Below, piece after piece: positions 38,874-53,849 of a stretch of 64,000 bases of DNA; the stretch's first letter is position 1; each line of letters opens with the position of its first letter. Below the pieces are notes generated by a model, which had not been told where the DNA came from, did not search any database, and saw only the letters and a list, made by a program, of their open reading frames with translations. Both the position numbers and the translations under genes were made by a program. The stretch is from Octopus vulgaris (Eukaryota): positions 147,684,001-147,748,000 of the forward strand of contig OX597815.1 in assembly GCA_951406725.2 (NCBI GenBank). Direction: 5' to 3'.

Positions 38874-41519
38874 CGTGCTGATATACAATGTACATACCTG
38901 CTTGCAAACATACACGTTTTAATAGCATTTAATCATAATGTTATTTAGCTATAATCATGCTATGAGTTTAGCTGTGTCTGCTTTGGGAACCTTGATGTGT
39001 CCAAACGGAATTGAAGATTTATTGGCATTAATTCATACTTAAATATATTGATTGCTAATTGGCAATCTATCTCTCTGAAATGTGTGATTATATATGCACC
39101 CAGATAATTTTGTATGAATATGCTATTTCTGAGAACAACAATAATATGCAGTATGATGATTATGTTGGTTATTTTTATTGTTGTTGTTGGTTTTGTTACT
39201 GTTGTTGTTGTGGTTCTTGTTACTATAATAGTGTTGTGGGCGATTTTCTTAATGATGAACATGACAATGACGGTTATGGCGGTAATTTACACTGTTATTG
39301 CCACAATTAGATCTTCATTATATTTCTTATGATATAATAATAATAATTTCCCGAATTTTTACTGTTGTTGTTGTTTGCAATAAGGAAAGATACATAAGTA
39401 TTCTTACAATTAAATCAATTGCTTATCTTCATTAATTCATAAAAGATGTCATGTCTATTCTTAATTCTTCTGAGTTATAGGAATTGAATCTTTTGAATCA
39501 GCTGAGTGGAAAAAATATCGTATATTTTTTTCTAGATACTTGCTTATTTCTATAAATATAAATTTTGTTTCCTCATCTTAATGTCTGGAACAATTTAGAA
39601 CGTTGTTTCGTTAAAAATATTTTACTCAAAACTGAATTCAAGAACATTGTTGTAACATGTTGTTGGAAAGCAAAAAGAAAGATAAATAGCGACAACGCGT
39701 GTAAATCAATTGCAATGTAACACCATAAATAAGGAATTGAAATTGTGCACACAAAAACCGTTGGTAAAGTAAAAACAGCAATAATTGTTGTAAATCTTCT
39801 ATCAAAGTTGCATGTAAAATTGAAATTTGGTTCACAGGACAAATTTTATTACAAAAGTGGATCAGATATATCCCGATGTTGATTAGGTTGAAATTCGGAT
39901 CCCTATATGTATAGAATCATAAAAAGTTTGCGAATGACGAAAGGGATTTCAGGATAAAGGTAGATAGCCATGGACACCAACAAAATATCTAAATGCAAAA
40001 AAAAAATGTATTGTCAACAAACGTCTGCATGTTTTCTTCCAGATACATACCTTTGTAACGGTGAATGATTAAAATAGCTCCTGGAGAAATGATGATCCTT
40101 AAATTGTTTTCAAATATTTATTAATTCGTAATTCATTTCTTGTTAAGATTTTCCTTCCTAAGCACATGTTAGAATCTGTTGATATTTGAAATAAAGTAAT
40201 ATCTGCTGTAGATTATGATGAATTGATTTTAAAGTATAACATCCAAAATATCCTCATTTTACTTTTGATTTATATTGATTCGCTAAGAAAATTTCATAGT
40301 TTATAACTTGACTACACTTCATATATTCTTTGATACATCAGCACAACTTTGGAGAAAGACAATTAGGTGTATCGTTGTCAGAGTTACTGTTCTTTCTGCT
40401 GCGGGCTCTTCTATAGACTTTCTTCTATGTTCTTTTTGCTGTTCTTCGTTTGTTCTTTTGCTGTTCTTCTTTTTGCTGTTTCCTCTTCTGTAGATTGCCT
40501 TCTACGTTGCTGCTATTTCATGACCCTGTTGCTTCTGTGCCACTGTTTCCTCGAACTTTAATGTTTCTTTTCAAGTTGTTCGTTTTGTATATATTAGAGT
40601 GGTCAGTTTAACTTCCTTTGTATTTATTACGATTGAGGTGCTTTTGCCTCTAATTCGTTTTATCATTGTTGCTATCTTATTTCTTGTTTATTTTACTGTC
40701 TTGTTCGGTGTTATAGAATGATTGACTATCGGCCTCTCATGCAATAACTGGTCTCCTGTAATACATACATCAGACGCTCACTCAGTAAGAAATCATCGCA
40801 TTTTCTATGTATGACGTCATCAATCATATATCATCGAAATCAACTCATCTTAAACATTGAATTGAGAGTGGTCAATTACAAGTCATAATTGGTCACACTT
40901 AGAAAGAGTTCCAGATCCAACTGTTCAAATATTGTTTTAGGAGCATTTTGTGTCGTCGTCGTTGCAAAATGCTAAATTTATCCAAATCGAAAGCTAAGAT
41001 TTTAGCGACTTCTATGCTGTGATGAAGGGACTTCATTCTGCGAACGCAATGTGTGGAATAAATTATAAAATACCATAAATGGAAACGCCATAGTCTAGAA
41101 GAAATCTTCCATGACAGGAATATAGAATATTTTGTCTTAAATGGTATCAATTATCGTATTATTACGTTCGTTGCAATTCGACCACTTTAAAAATTCATTA
41201 CTATTTCCCTATCACTGGCATCATTAGTGAAAAACGTATTAAAACGATACCCACTATATATCTCCTTTGTTTATCTCGCTGATTGTCTTTGAAGTACCTC
41301 CACTCATTTAAAAAGAAATTAGCTTTTCATAAATGGATACATTTTGTGAAGAGTATTTACAGCAACTCTTGTAAAACGTAATATTTTATCAACATTCTTC
41401 TTGTAGAATTGTGGGAGATGTATTTTATCCTCAGTTTATCTTTGGCCATTGTCAATCTTGCAAAACTCTGATCTCGTGTTAAATGATGATGATGGCGATG
41501 GTGATGATTATGACGATCC

Positions 41520-41985
41520 TTTCGATTATAGGCACAATGCCGGAAAGTTGGTGAAAAAGAGTGCTCCTCGATTATATCGACCCTGGTGTTCAGCTGGAAC
41601 GTACTTTATCGACTCTAAAACGATAAAAGGCAAGAACGACCACTGCAGATTTTGAGCTCAAAGACACACGAAATATTCCCAAGCATTTTGCTTGGCGTTC
41701 TAACAATTCTGCCTGCGCCTTTCTTTTGAATATGAGGTAGATATTTGTAAGATACCGAAATACTGAATTGAATCACATATTTTGCAATATTAGTCTCCAA
41801 TTTTGTGGCAAAAAGCCATCATATCCTGAGGGGAGGGAAGTTAGTTACATCGATCTCAGTTCTCTCCTGATACTCATTAAAGGCGAAGACGACCTTGGCA
41901 GAATTTGAACTCAGAATGTAGAGACAGGTGAAATACCGCGAAGCTTTCACTCTGCGTCTAAACGACTCTGGCAGCTCGTCGTCTT
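41520..41985 (-). mobile_element. Two decayed SINE family B copies (about 41520-41720 and 41790-41985)
   Basis: gaccttggcagaatttgaactcagaa, aaataccgc, ggcagctcgtcgtctt. Confidence 0.65.
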
Positions 41986-42111
41986 AAATGATAATGATGA
42001 TAATGATGATGATGAGAAAAAGAAAAAGAATGAGAAAAAGAAGAAGAAGAAGAAAAATAAGAAGAAGAAGAAGGAGAAGAAGAAGAAGTAGAAGAAGAAG
42101 AAGAAGAAGAA

Positions 42112-42143
<32 letters not shown>

Positions 42144-42150
42144 AGAAGAA
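41986..42150. repeat. (GAT)n/(GAA)n microsatellite
   Basis: Seen directly. Confidence 0.95.
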
Positions 42151-44086
42151 ATTTAGGTCGTGAGAAGAGGAATAGCATAAAGTGGGTGTTGGAACGAGGC
42201 TGATGACATTGATGAAGTGTAGAGTAAATGAGGCAGAAGATATGTGGAGGAGAGAGAGAGGGTGTGTAGTCGGAGGGTTATTTGCTTTGAGCGAAATTCA
42301 AACGAAACTAATTGCGAGATGTTACGTCTTTAACGCTATTTATAATTGGAACATACTACAACTGTCGAGAGGTGTTGATTGAGGTGTATGTCTAGGTCTA
42401 ATATTGTCTATTTAATGTTCAAGGAAATCTACTTTTAAAATGATCTGCTATAACCTTAGTAAATTAGTAATTGATTAATAAACAAGATTTACTTTAAAGC
42501 AAAGTGCCTACCATTTAATTAGTTTTGATTGGTGCTAGAAGCTGTAGACCTCTTGTGTTGACCATCAAAATGTCTGCTTCGTTTTGTATAAAATGGAGTT
42601 GAATTTTCATTTCCGAGTTTATCTTTAAATATTTATCGCATTTTGTAGCCTGCAGGTTTGTACATAGATATTTTATGCTGATCTCCATTCATTATTGGTG
42701 AAGAGAATTAAAGTGATCCGGTTTTACATCCTACTTGACATGTCTTCGTATTATAAGTGTTCTTGACATTGTAAACCAACAAACAGTTATATATATTTGA
42801 GTGGACTTACTACTTAGGTCAGAATATTTAATATAACTAATGCATTGCTAAGAAGCCATCATCAGGGAAAAATAAATATCCATTCATTGGTTATAATACA
42901 AGGCAACTGATGGAGAAAAACAAGAACAATAAATGCAAAAACATATAAACAATACAATTATTGTTTTATCTCTTGAGAAGTTTGATAATTAATTTAATTT
43001 TATGAACTTTCGAAACTATGAGTTTCTTAATAAAACTTTGTATTTTGTCTTCCCTGACAGTAAAAGACTATTCTTAGCAAATTAAGAAATAATAGCATTT
43101 CTCTTGCTACGCTGTGACCAGACTAATTTTTTCGAAGAAACCACCTTTGTAGAAATAGTGATAGTGATCGTTCAAATCTGAAACGCAAAGCTATCGGTTC
43201 TGATGAAGATGATGGTCGATCACATCGACTTGTGATTGACTTGTAATTCATTTCATCTTACGGGGTCAAAGATATATTTGTTCAGAATGTAATGAACATA
43301 TTGAATAGAATTCAATGTATTGCATATATGCACAAGGGCTGAATAACCATACCGTATAAAGAGGTGGACCAAATTCATTTTCTGACCATTTAACTATATT
43401 ACCTGATCAGCGCTTTAGAAAATACAGATAAAATAATTGATTAACATATATTTTGGTGAAATTTCTTCTGAAAGTAACATTCTCTGCCCAGATCATATTG
43501 TGACATTCGATCTAGTGTCAATATGGAAAAAGTATCACTATTCTCGGAGAGAAAATGTGCAATATTCTAAGTAGACAGTCCAAATATGAAAGGTAACAGG
43601 AAGTTCGTCATCAGAACATTTAGAGAAGTCATAAACCGAGGTATTACATCCTGTGTAATATAATTCTAGATGTACTATGCCTGAAAAAGTAACACCCATT
43701 AGGTTTTCCTGCACTGAAGATATGACCAATCGGACGGTTCCTGGTTCAGAAAAAGAAGTAACAAAAAGCAATAAAAACAAGAGCATCAACGACACCTGGG
43801 TTTACTTGTAATCATTCTAATATTTCACAACATTTAAAGTAAGAGTTACATTAAAATACCTGTGACTATTATTCATTAGCTTATCAGTATAAAATTTCTA
43901 TTAACAAAAGTAGAATAAAGAACAGTAACTTATCCTTTAACTAGCATATTATTTATAATTTGTTTATTAATCTAGTAAGCAAGATAAGTAGTTTTCAACT
44001 GTAACTGTTTTCTTATACAATTTGAGTGAATATATATATATATATATATATGTATGTATTTTCTCTCTTTATTTTCTCTTCTTGTT

Positions 44087-44125
44087 TCTTTCTATGAAAG
44101 AGCGTAGGCTCGAAACGTTAAAGAC
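44087..44125 (+). ncRNA. Degenerate hammerhead-like motif
   Basis: tcttt-CTATGAA-agagc gtag gctc-GAAA-cg-TT-aaaga: stems I and II intact, core altered. Confidence 0.4.
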
Positions 44126-44326
44126 TTTTTCACTTCCCGAGCGTTATACTAATACATCTCTTTGTTGTCTACACCACCTGTCTTCGCCTTTTTTTATATA
44201 TCGAATGACCCGTCCGTTTTTTTGTGTCATCTTTTTGAATGTTTTGTGTTCTTGTTCCATTTTATATTTTTATATATATTTTTTTATACATATATATATA
44301 TACACAAACACACACACACACACACA

Positions 44327-44391
<65 letters not shown>

Positions 44392-45244
44392 GTAAACATT
44401 TTTGTTTACATATATATATATATATATATTGACATAAAATATGGTTTCGTATTTACACGTGCCTGAGTTTCTACAGCGAATGTGTTAGTAGAGACAACGA
44501 GGTGCTAATTTTTATTGTGTGGTAGAAGAGTTTACCCCGCTACACAAAGCCTCATATATTAGAAAGCTATTTCCAGCAAGCAAGAAGGTGATATTGGCAG
44601 TAGTAATGTTGTTTTTTTTCCTTGCAGTGTCTACCTAACAAAGCAAGAGTTTTTCTTATAGTGAAAACAGTACCTGTAAATGAAATCTAACATGCAGAAT
44701 GAATTAATATCTTAAGTACTTTAGTATCATATCATATCAACTATATTTCGCCTGTTTCACAGTGTTACATACTAGAAGCATAGAAATTACTAAATGCTAA
44801 TTCCCATCTCTATTTACAAAAAGACAATTATAACTTCCGATGTCGTTAATTCCAACATAATACTTTACAAATTCCAGCAAGAAATCTCATATGTGAGATT
44901 ACATTCAATCTCAATTTGGATTAAGTCAATCAAATACATCTTATTAACTTCCTCGTGAATGGGAAAAATCTAATGTATGGTTCAACAATGGTACCCCTTT
45001 ATTCCGTAATACAAATGGAATTATATTTTGATTATTTTGATCTGATATTGCGCAAATTCTTTTCCCAAAGAGAAACGAATATGAAGTATCTCCACCTACT
45101 CTTGATTATTTATGTTGTTGAAGATGTTGGTAAGGCATGTGTATATTATTTAGAGTTTGTATTGCTTTTCAGTGGAAATTTAGAACGGGGTTTTAAATGC
45201 AATTTGCTATTATTCCGAGCACGGAGCCCACGCATTATCATTTA

Positions 45245-45610
45245 TGCTTTTACTTGTTTCACTCAATAGACTTCAGCCATGCTTGGGTAGATACTGATTC
45301 TATAGGCTTCTTTTTCCGAACCGCTAAGCTACAGGGATTGGAAAAATACTGACGCAAAGAACACACACACACACACACATATATTCGCACACACACACAT
45401 ATTCGCACACACACACGCACACACACAAACACACACACACACACATACACACACACACAATACCCACATATATATACGATGGACTTCTTTCTGTATCCAT
45501 GTAAGAACTTCAGCCACACAGATTTAGTTGGCTCCAGGCTATAGTAGAAGACACTTCACCAATATGCCATATGGTTGGACAACAAGCTTGTTACTACACA
45601 CCCACGCCTA
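45245..45610 (-). mobile_element. Decayed SINE family A
   Basis: ttacttgtttca, ccgaaccgctaag, ggctatagtagaagacactt. Confidence 0.65.
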
Positions 45611-45839
45611 TGCTTATAGTCTACTTTTGAAAATATTTCTGAGTTTGTTGAACTCTGAAACTGTGAGTTATTCAAAAGCGTTTCGAGTAAGTTTTATTTT
45701 AACAGTTCTTAGGAAGATGGTTAAATACGCAAGCTTTTGCGGCTTATAAACAAAAATGTATACATATTGTAATTATCTCCTATATAGACGCAAGCATGGA
45801 TGTCTGTTTAATAAGGTGAATTTAAAGCTATGTCATATT

Positions 45840-46230
45840 GCGTTCAGCACCATTGAACGGCACCCTGGTACAGTGTCCACTATTATAGCTTTCAGCCGAC
45901 CAACGCCTTGTCATTGGATTCTGAGACGAAAACTCTGGAAGTTTATCATTTTTGTATGTATGGATATATATGAGTGTGTGTGTGCGTGTGTGAAGTGTTT
46001 GTGTGCGGATGTGTGTGAGCGTGGGAAAGGGTATGCTAACTGTCTTTACGTTTGCTTCACCCCACCAGTTTGTGTCTGTTCGCATCTCTATAAAATAGTG
46101 GTTTGGCAAAAGAGACGGTTACAATAAACACCATACGTAAAGATATATACAGGTGTTGATTTGTCTCACTAAACTCTTCATAGAAATGCTCCTGCGCGGC
46201 CACACTTTAATGGATGTGACATATGAAGCA
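45840..46230 (+). mobile_element. Very decayed SINE family A
   Basis: gccgaccaacgccttgt, tttggcaaaagagac, tgctcctgcgcggccac. Confidence 0.5.
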
Positions 46231-46421
46231 AGAATGAAAGAAGCAAGATTTGGTATTCTAAATTTGGCACTCAAAAAAATAATGTCCTTCACAAAATTTT
46301 AATTCCACGATTACCCAACCTGATTGATGATGCCAACTGTAATAGCGTTGCACAGTGCATGTAGTTTATAACAACTATAAAACGAGATTAGTTGTTACAT
46401 TAATTAAATTTATTAGATATA

Positions 46422-46854
46422 TTCTTTTCTACTCTAGACACAAGGCCTGAAATTTTTGGTGAGGGGTCTAGTCGATTAGATCGACCCCAGTACGAAACAG
46501 GTACTTAATTTATCGACCTCGAATGTATGAAATGCAAAGTCGACCTCGGCAGAATTTGAACTCAGAAGATACAGACAGACGAAATACCGCTAAGCATTTC
46601 GCCCTGTGTGCTAACGTTTCTGCCTGCTCACCGCCTTTACTCTTTTCTCTTCAAGTCACAAGGCCCGAAATGTTTGGGGAGGGGGCCAGTCGATTAGATC
46701 GACCCCAGTACGCCACTGGTACTTAATTTATCGACCCCGAAAGGATGAAAGGCAAGGTCTACCTCGGCGAAATTTGAACTCAAAACGTACAGTCAGACGA
46801 AATAACGCTGAGCAATTCGCCCGATGTGCAAACGTTTCTGCACCTCGCCGCCTT
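46422..46854 (-). mobile_element. Two tandem copies of tRNA-SINE family B (46422-46637, 46641-46854)
   Basis: Minus strand: ggcggcgag-ggcagaaacgtt (A box), gagttcaaatt (B box), gcctttcatcctttcggggtcgataaattaagtacc central domain. Confidence 0.88.
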
Positions 46855-47919
46855 AAAATTGGTAGAAATATTACTGTGAAAGTTTTATCCATGTATACTA
46901 AATTAGGAATCGTAAAGTCATGCTCTTCTAGCACACCGTGTATACCTACTTGTTGACAATACATTTCAGATGGAAATTTTAAAGTATATCGGCAGTATCT
47001 CGCTCTAAAATGATGCAACACCCACTTCCTGGGATGGAAATCTTTAGTAGATAAATTTTTGTTTCACTCAACGTTAACGGGAGCAACTGCATAGGCGGAC
47101 ACCTCATGAGGTACTGTACAATATACCGGATGTCAGTATAGAATAATAAACTGCAGATAAAGATACAATGAGCATGTGAAATATGGAGTGAAAATGAAAA
47201 TAAACCGGAAATAGTGTGACAGAAGAATTCTTGAAATGGAATGATGAGGAACGTTTTGTGTAAGAATGAACGCGTTTGGAAGGTAAAACATATCAACTGA
47301 CAATGTAATTGGAAAAAAAAGTATTAGAATGAGGATGAAGGGAAATAAATTTATATAGAAGCGGGTGGAGTGAAATGGTATTCAGTATTAGGATAAAAGA
47401 ATAACGAATGAGAGAATAAATAAATGAAGGAATGAAAGAAACACAAACAAAGAAAATGTCAGGAAAGGTGAAAGAAAATGCGAAAAAGGTTCTGATTATG
47501 TTCGATATACTTCCCTCAGAAAGAGAGTATAAGGCCGATTCGTTAATCAATAATTTGATGTGATATCTTGCTTAGTGAGTAAAAGTTATGACGCGTGCTT
47601 CTTAGTTCCATTAAATGTATTGTGAAGACTTGGGTTGTACTGAATAATTCTGAAAATCAACATCAGCCTTAAAAGTTCGCTTAACAAAAGAGTGGATGAT
47701 CTGTGCATGTTTGGGTGTGTATGTACCTATGTATGTATGTATGCATGTATGTATGTATGCATGTATGTATGTATGTATGTATGTATGAATGTATGTATGT
47801 ATGTATGTATGTATGTATGTATGTATGCATGTATGTATGTATGCATGTATGTATGTATTATGTATGTATGTATGTATGTATCTATCTATCTCTCTCTCTC
47901 TTTATATATATATCCCGAT

Positions 47920-47955
<36 letters not shown>

Positions 47956-49069
47956 GCCTATTTGCGTGAGGGTGTGTCAGATTACGTGCTGTTTTCTTCA
48001 ATTCTGGAAACTGGTTCCTCTCTCTATTTCTGATTTTCTCTATTCATTTTGAAATATTCGATTATTTCATGAATCCATTTGAAACTCCTTTATGTTCTTC
48101 GTCTCACCTTTTCCTACCACCTCACTATTTCAGTTAATTTCTGTTTCTTATATTTTTTCTTTTAATATTATTTTATTTGCATACCGCTTGCTGAGTAATG
48201 TGGGTTAACACAAGCTATAAGAGTCGTATCCGTTTTTCTTTCATCTTTCTCTATTCTACACACCGTTTATGAACGTAGCAATTCTAGTCGATAAAATATA
48301 GGCTCTTCTCTTCTATAGCGATATTAATGCTATATATTTTGCCAGAAAATATGTTACATGCGTAAAATTTTCTTAGTATTTATTTTAATGATAACTATCA
48401 AATACCTAATATAACAGAGCCTCTTGAACGCATACATTACGAAAAGTATACTCCAAAACGTTATAGCTGTATAAGATACATCCATTATAGTATTACATTT
48501 TATTACCAGGGCTTATTTTATTATGAATTAAACATAATCTACTCCATGTAGATAGTTTTATTGATATTGTGCCCTAGGTACACTTTTTAAGAGAAAACTA
48601 TAACTCGAGATATAAAGAGACTTCTTGCTGAAAGATATCAGATATGGCCAGCGCAATGTTTTATGCAGGCCTCAAATGACACTGATATATCACGGTCTAG
48701 AATTGATTTTTAAGCTGGGTATAAATTTTTATTTTTCAGCTGTGTTAAAATGTTTAATGGGCCGAGTAATATTAAAGATCCCTAAAATATTCATGAGGTG
48801 AGCTGATAAAGAAAAAGCACAATAAGAACACAGTGGATAAGGGAACACAGTGGATAAGGGAACACAGATTCAGGCAGCTGCTAAAAGTATGAGATAATAT
48901 CTCGGCAAGTACAAGGTAAGTCAGCAGACAGTAAACAACTAATTTATTGTCACACTCAGGTAAAGAAAGATTCCATTGTAAATAACTTAGTAGGGAAGAC
49001 AAGATAAATAAGAAAACTATCATGACAAAACATTGGTTGGCGCAGGAGACATGAATTGGAGTGATAACA

Positions 49070-49330
49070 TTGAATTCATATGTCAAACGCTCGAGGATAT
49101 GCTTACAATATGAAAAATAACAAGACAGAACCCATGACTTTCCGAAGTACTTTTGCATGCCCGAAACTGCTGATGCATGGAATAAACTACCTGCATTAAT
49201 TGTTCGCTGTCGAGACACTACATTCTATAAAATGTCCATGCTTCCTGAAAATCGCCAACACTACATCTTATGCCGTTTACTTTTGTTGTACACCTGAGCA
49301 CGTTATACAGCCATTTAATTATTATCATTA
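49070..49330 (+). pseudogene. CR1/L2-type LINE 3' remnant
   Basis: SNARGYAY...KYF...AWNKLPALIVRC...FYK, resembling TRGH...FF..RV..WN.LP..VV...FK. Confidence 0.55.
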
Positions 49331-51633
49331 TTATTATTTAATTTCTCCTCTTATTATCAAGCAATGAATTCGTTTACGTGAAAACTTTTTAATATAGAAA
49401 ACCTAATAACTTTTGTTTCATCTTAATAATTTTAGAGAGAAAGAAATGGTACAGAGGATGAAACCGAATGTATGTGATTTACCTAGGAACTTTTCAACTT
49501 ATAAAATTAAAATTATTTGGTTATTCTACATTTTCGATCGAAAGTTCTCCATGCTTGAAACTGCGTAACCATCTGCTACGGAGTGAACTCGTAAATTATA
49601 AGAGTAAAACATTGTCATTTTTACTTGGACATCAAATTCCATCACATGATTAAACTCCTTTTACTCTTACTTTTTTAATCAGTTTAACATCACTCCAACT
49701 ACAAATTCTTTTCTATCAGAGATAGTGACCTTGTTTATACTCAAATACTAATACTACTCTAATATTTGATGTTAGATGTTACTTATATTGTTTGTATTAA
49801 ATATAAAAAAGAGACAGAATTTCTAGATACAACTTTATGATTCCTGCAGCTTCAGGGTAAAATAATAAGATATTATTCATTGGTATATTTTAGCCTTTCA
49901 CCTCTCACCTTTCAATTATCTGCTTCAATAATTACACACCCTTTTCCGTCTATGAATAACAGAATTTTGAATCGATATATACTAGTAGTATAAAAGTGCT
50001 CCTTCTATAAAAAATAATCCTCAAGGCAGTAGTGAAAATGATAAATTTAAAATACATCTAGAACACAATACAAAGCAAAACAAAACACAATGTAGAAAAA
50101 CTTCCATAAATGTAAACAGGACATATAATTCAATGTTCTCCTTATTTTGTAGCTTACGGGGAAATTTTTATGAATATTACAAAAAAAGAAACAAACGAAA
50201 AATCAAGGAAAATGATGACTCATGCAATACAAAATAAATAAAATGTAAGACAAAAATAATTCCTTCTTTCTCTAGTAAAATAAATAAATCACACACTATA
50301 TATATCTATCTATATATATATAAGCTGTATTTTTTAACACACTACACGTTTCCCTCACGTAAAATTACAACAGACTATAAGTTGATTTTACAGAATGTCA
50401 TAAAATATATTTAGAGAATGCCATTTCATTTTATCTAATAGTCGAGGATAGAAGAAACTGAAAATGTATGTTGTAAAGAAAATTATAAATGCATGTTTCC
50501 AAAAGTATTGAACATTTTCCAGTTATCAAAGAGTACTAGATCTCTGTTACTCTATCTTTTGTATATATTGCGAGGAACGAGACAGAAAATATAAGTACCT
50601 TCAGATTATTCAGTTGTTGCTATCCTTCGAAATGACGGTTAACATTTCAAAGTACACACACACCCGCACACACATTTGTACTTCCTTTTCAATCACATTC
50701 ATTACTACTAGTCCTAAGGCGGTGGCATAGCTGGAACAACACCTATCGCATATGTACCTTTAACAATACTTTTAGGTGAATGATAAAATTCTAGATCGCT
50801 GATTTCGGTTGTGTTTATGACAATGATATGAGATATCCTGGAACCGAAGTAAGTAGAATATCTTGCTGGTTTGAGACTACATTTATGCCCACCCCATGTA
50901 GGCTTCTCAAGTTCTTTGACGGAATATTAAATTAGGGTGTGTGTTTTAAAACTAGGCGTTTCCAATTTTTGTTCCGACTCCTGATTGAGCGGCAGGTATT
51001 TCAAGACTATGCAAAAGCGGTTGATTTATATATAAACGCTAACATAAAAAAAGACACACACACAACACACAAACAAACATGCAACGGAGCACAGGCATTA
51101 ACATTCTGTTATTATCATGTTTGGCATTTACATGTTAATGTTACGGAAATAGTTTTTTTAAAAATATTAATGGCTAACATTGGCAATAATTACTTGAAGA
51201 GCTAGTAGTTTAAAACGATTTAATAATAGAAAACAATTACCTGAAGGATTAAATAATAATGATAATAGCAATCATGCAATTATTATTACTATTATTGTTG
51301 ATGGTATTGATTAACTAATTAATTGATTGATTAATTATATTAATAACAATTCTTTCTCTTTTTGGCGTAAGACCCGCAATTTGAAGCGAAGGATTACTCT
51401 CTTACGTTTTATTTGCTACTTTAATATATGAACGAATAAGCAGTGAATGGCGAAGTTGATTCTGGCTGAACTTGAATTCATACGTAATGATTTGTAAGAA
51501 GAGAAAAGACTCTGCCTGGCATTCTACCTATTCTCCTAGCTCGCCGTTTTAAAAACAAGGACAATAGTAATAATGACGAAGACGATGATGATAATGATGA
51601 TGATAACAACAACAACAAAAACAATAGTAATTT

Positions 51634-53135
51634 ATAAATTACTCACGCTTCTATGCAAATCTCCTCCTAAAACATTCAGGAATTACCCCATACTGTAAAT
51701 ACACAACAAAATGAATAAATCCCATATGCGCAATAAAAGACAGATACAGAACACCACCTGCGCTGCAGAAAACAACGCACAATACAAGAAATAATACAAC
51801 AGAAGACACAAACCAAGCCACATAACAAAGCATACAATTCAATATTGCGAGCAACTATAGACTTACCAATAGTGCGAAAACTGTTAACAGGATTTCTTTC
51901 AGAAAGTATTTGCGAGCACCTTGACAACTAGAATTTACTGCCATAAGAACTGAAAGGTTAGAGGAACGCATGATCTTTTATACATAGACAAAGCATTTCT
52001 TAATGAAGTAAAACATAGAAAGAAAAAAATCTAGCAGTAGCATGAATAGATTATAGGAAAGCATATGACATGATCCAACAAACATCGATAAGTGAATGTT
52101 TCAGTATATTCAGAATAACAGACAACATAAGAGAATTAATTAGCTTTAGCATGAAGAAATGGAAAATAGATCCCTACAGAGGCAACAAACTCTTGGGGAA
52201 AGTTAATATTGAAAGATGAAATTTCCAGGGAGACCTGTTGTCTCCTTTAATATTTGTGTTATGTTTGATCACCCCACGTTTAGTATTAAGGAAGGTAAAG
52301 ACAGGGTATCAATTCAGAAATAGTTAGAGAAAAATTAACCATTTGCTCTACATGGATCATCTGAATCTTTTTAGTAAGAATGGAAAAGTGATAGAATCCT
52401 TAATACATATTGTAAGACTCTACAGTAAATATATAGGCATGGACGCATATTTGCCATATGTAAATGAGCATCTTAGAAAATGAACAAGTGTCTCCGCTAT
52501 GCCGCATCTGCAATAGAGTGATTGAAACAATTGCTCATATAATGAATGGATGCCCTAGACTTGCCCAAAGCCATTACAAGTTGTGGAGATACGATCATGT
52601 AGCGAAAGTGCTACGTTGGAAACTGCGAAAAGTGGGGTATAGAGAAAGGTCAGAGAGTGGCGGAGATGAGGACTAGCAAAATACTCTGGGATTTCCCAAT
52701 CCAAACAGATCAGCTGCTGAATCATAACAAACTGGACCTAGTGTTACTGAAGAAGGTGCACCACTTATGCTATATAGTTGATGTTGCACGCCTCTTTGAT
52801 CCACGAATATTCAAGTAGGAAGACGAAAAGGTAGACAGATACAACCCTCTTAAGTACGAAATAGCCTGGCTTTAGAAAATGAAGAATATGTGAAGATAGT
52901 GCCAGTTATTGTGGTGTCCTTGGGAACAGTATCTGAAGGCATCAAGAGTAACATAAAGGAAATTGGAATTGTGTGCCTAGTCAAACGTTTACAAATGTTT
53001 TGCCTCCTTGACACGGCCAGAATAATCAGGTAAGTATTAGATATCTAATTAGAATGGATAGCATGGTAACGTAGGCTGCAGATAGTAAGCCCACTACGCA
53101 GGTAAGACGCCAAGAGCTTCACCAAAACCTGTGAT
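51634..53135 (+). pseudogene. Decayed R4/Dong-clade non-LTR retrotransposon (RT + CCHC + RLE), internally deleted
   Basis: IDYRKAYD, FQGDLLSPLIF, HLLYMD, CRIC..ETIAHIMNGC, ILWDFPIQTD; lies in AAT/GAT repeats. Confidence 0.85.
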
Positions 53136-53164
53136 AAAGAGAAATAATGATAATAGATATAAAT

Positions 53165-53692
53165 GCCCTGATGTAGAAACAGGCACCGGCTCTGATGCCT
53201 TCTGATCTTAATTGATTGTTTTGTTATAAAAGACAGGCTTCAGCGACTATTATGCTCAGTACCAAATATTTGCTTGTCAGTTGCCTGACCTTAACCATTG
53301 AGCCTGTCCCATAGGTTTGACGATATGTGCAACCCTGATCTTGCCCTAAAGTATTGGGGGATTTTCATAGTCAGGTGTTTAGAGTAATTCTTTGGGGATT
53401 GAATACTTAACCTCTACAAACATGTTTTTTTATCGTACAACTTCCTTAACGAACCCTTATATAGGGACTTTTCAGTGGGATGAGGTACACGACTCGAAGA
53501 AAATTACTAAAAGAGCCCCACCTGCAAGGCCATGCACTGCTTATTTTGATATGTGATCACCGTGTCGCCAACATATGGCTGTGATGCAAGTACCTGATGT
53601 ACTCCTATCAGGCGGGTAATCGTGATGGGTATACTGGGTTTCGTATATTTTACCCCAATATCCCTTTGATGGCATGCACTGTTCTCTCACTC
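53165..53692. mobile_element. About 530-bp non-coding interspersed repeat adjoining (AAT)n, diverged copy
   Basis: Homologous along its length to 61198-61727. Confidence 0.8.
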
Positions 53693-53716
53693 AATAATAA
53701 TAATAATAATGATAAC

Positions 53717-53841
<125 letters not shown>

Positions 53842-53849
53842 TTTGTGGG

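Noticed and set aside
40811-40820. ATGACGTCAT CRE palindrome
   Set aside because: Single motif without supporting context
48826-48868. 17-bp tandem repeat gaacacagtggataagg
   Set aside because: Simple local duplication; no spacers, so not CRISPR-like
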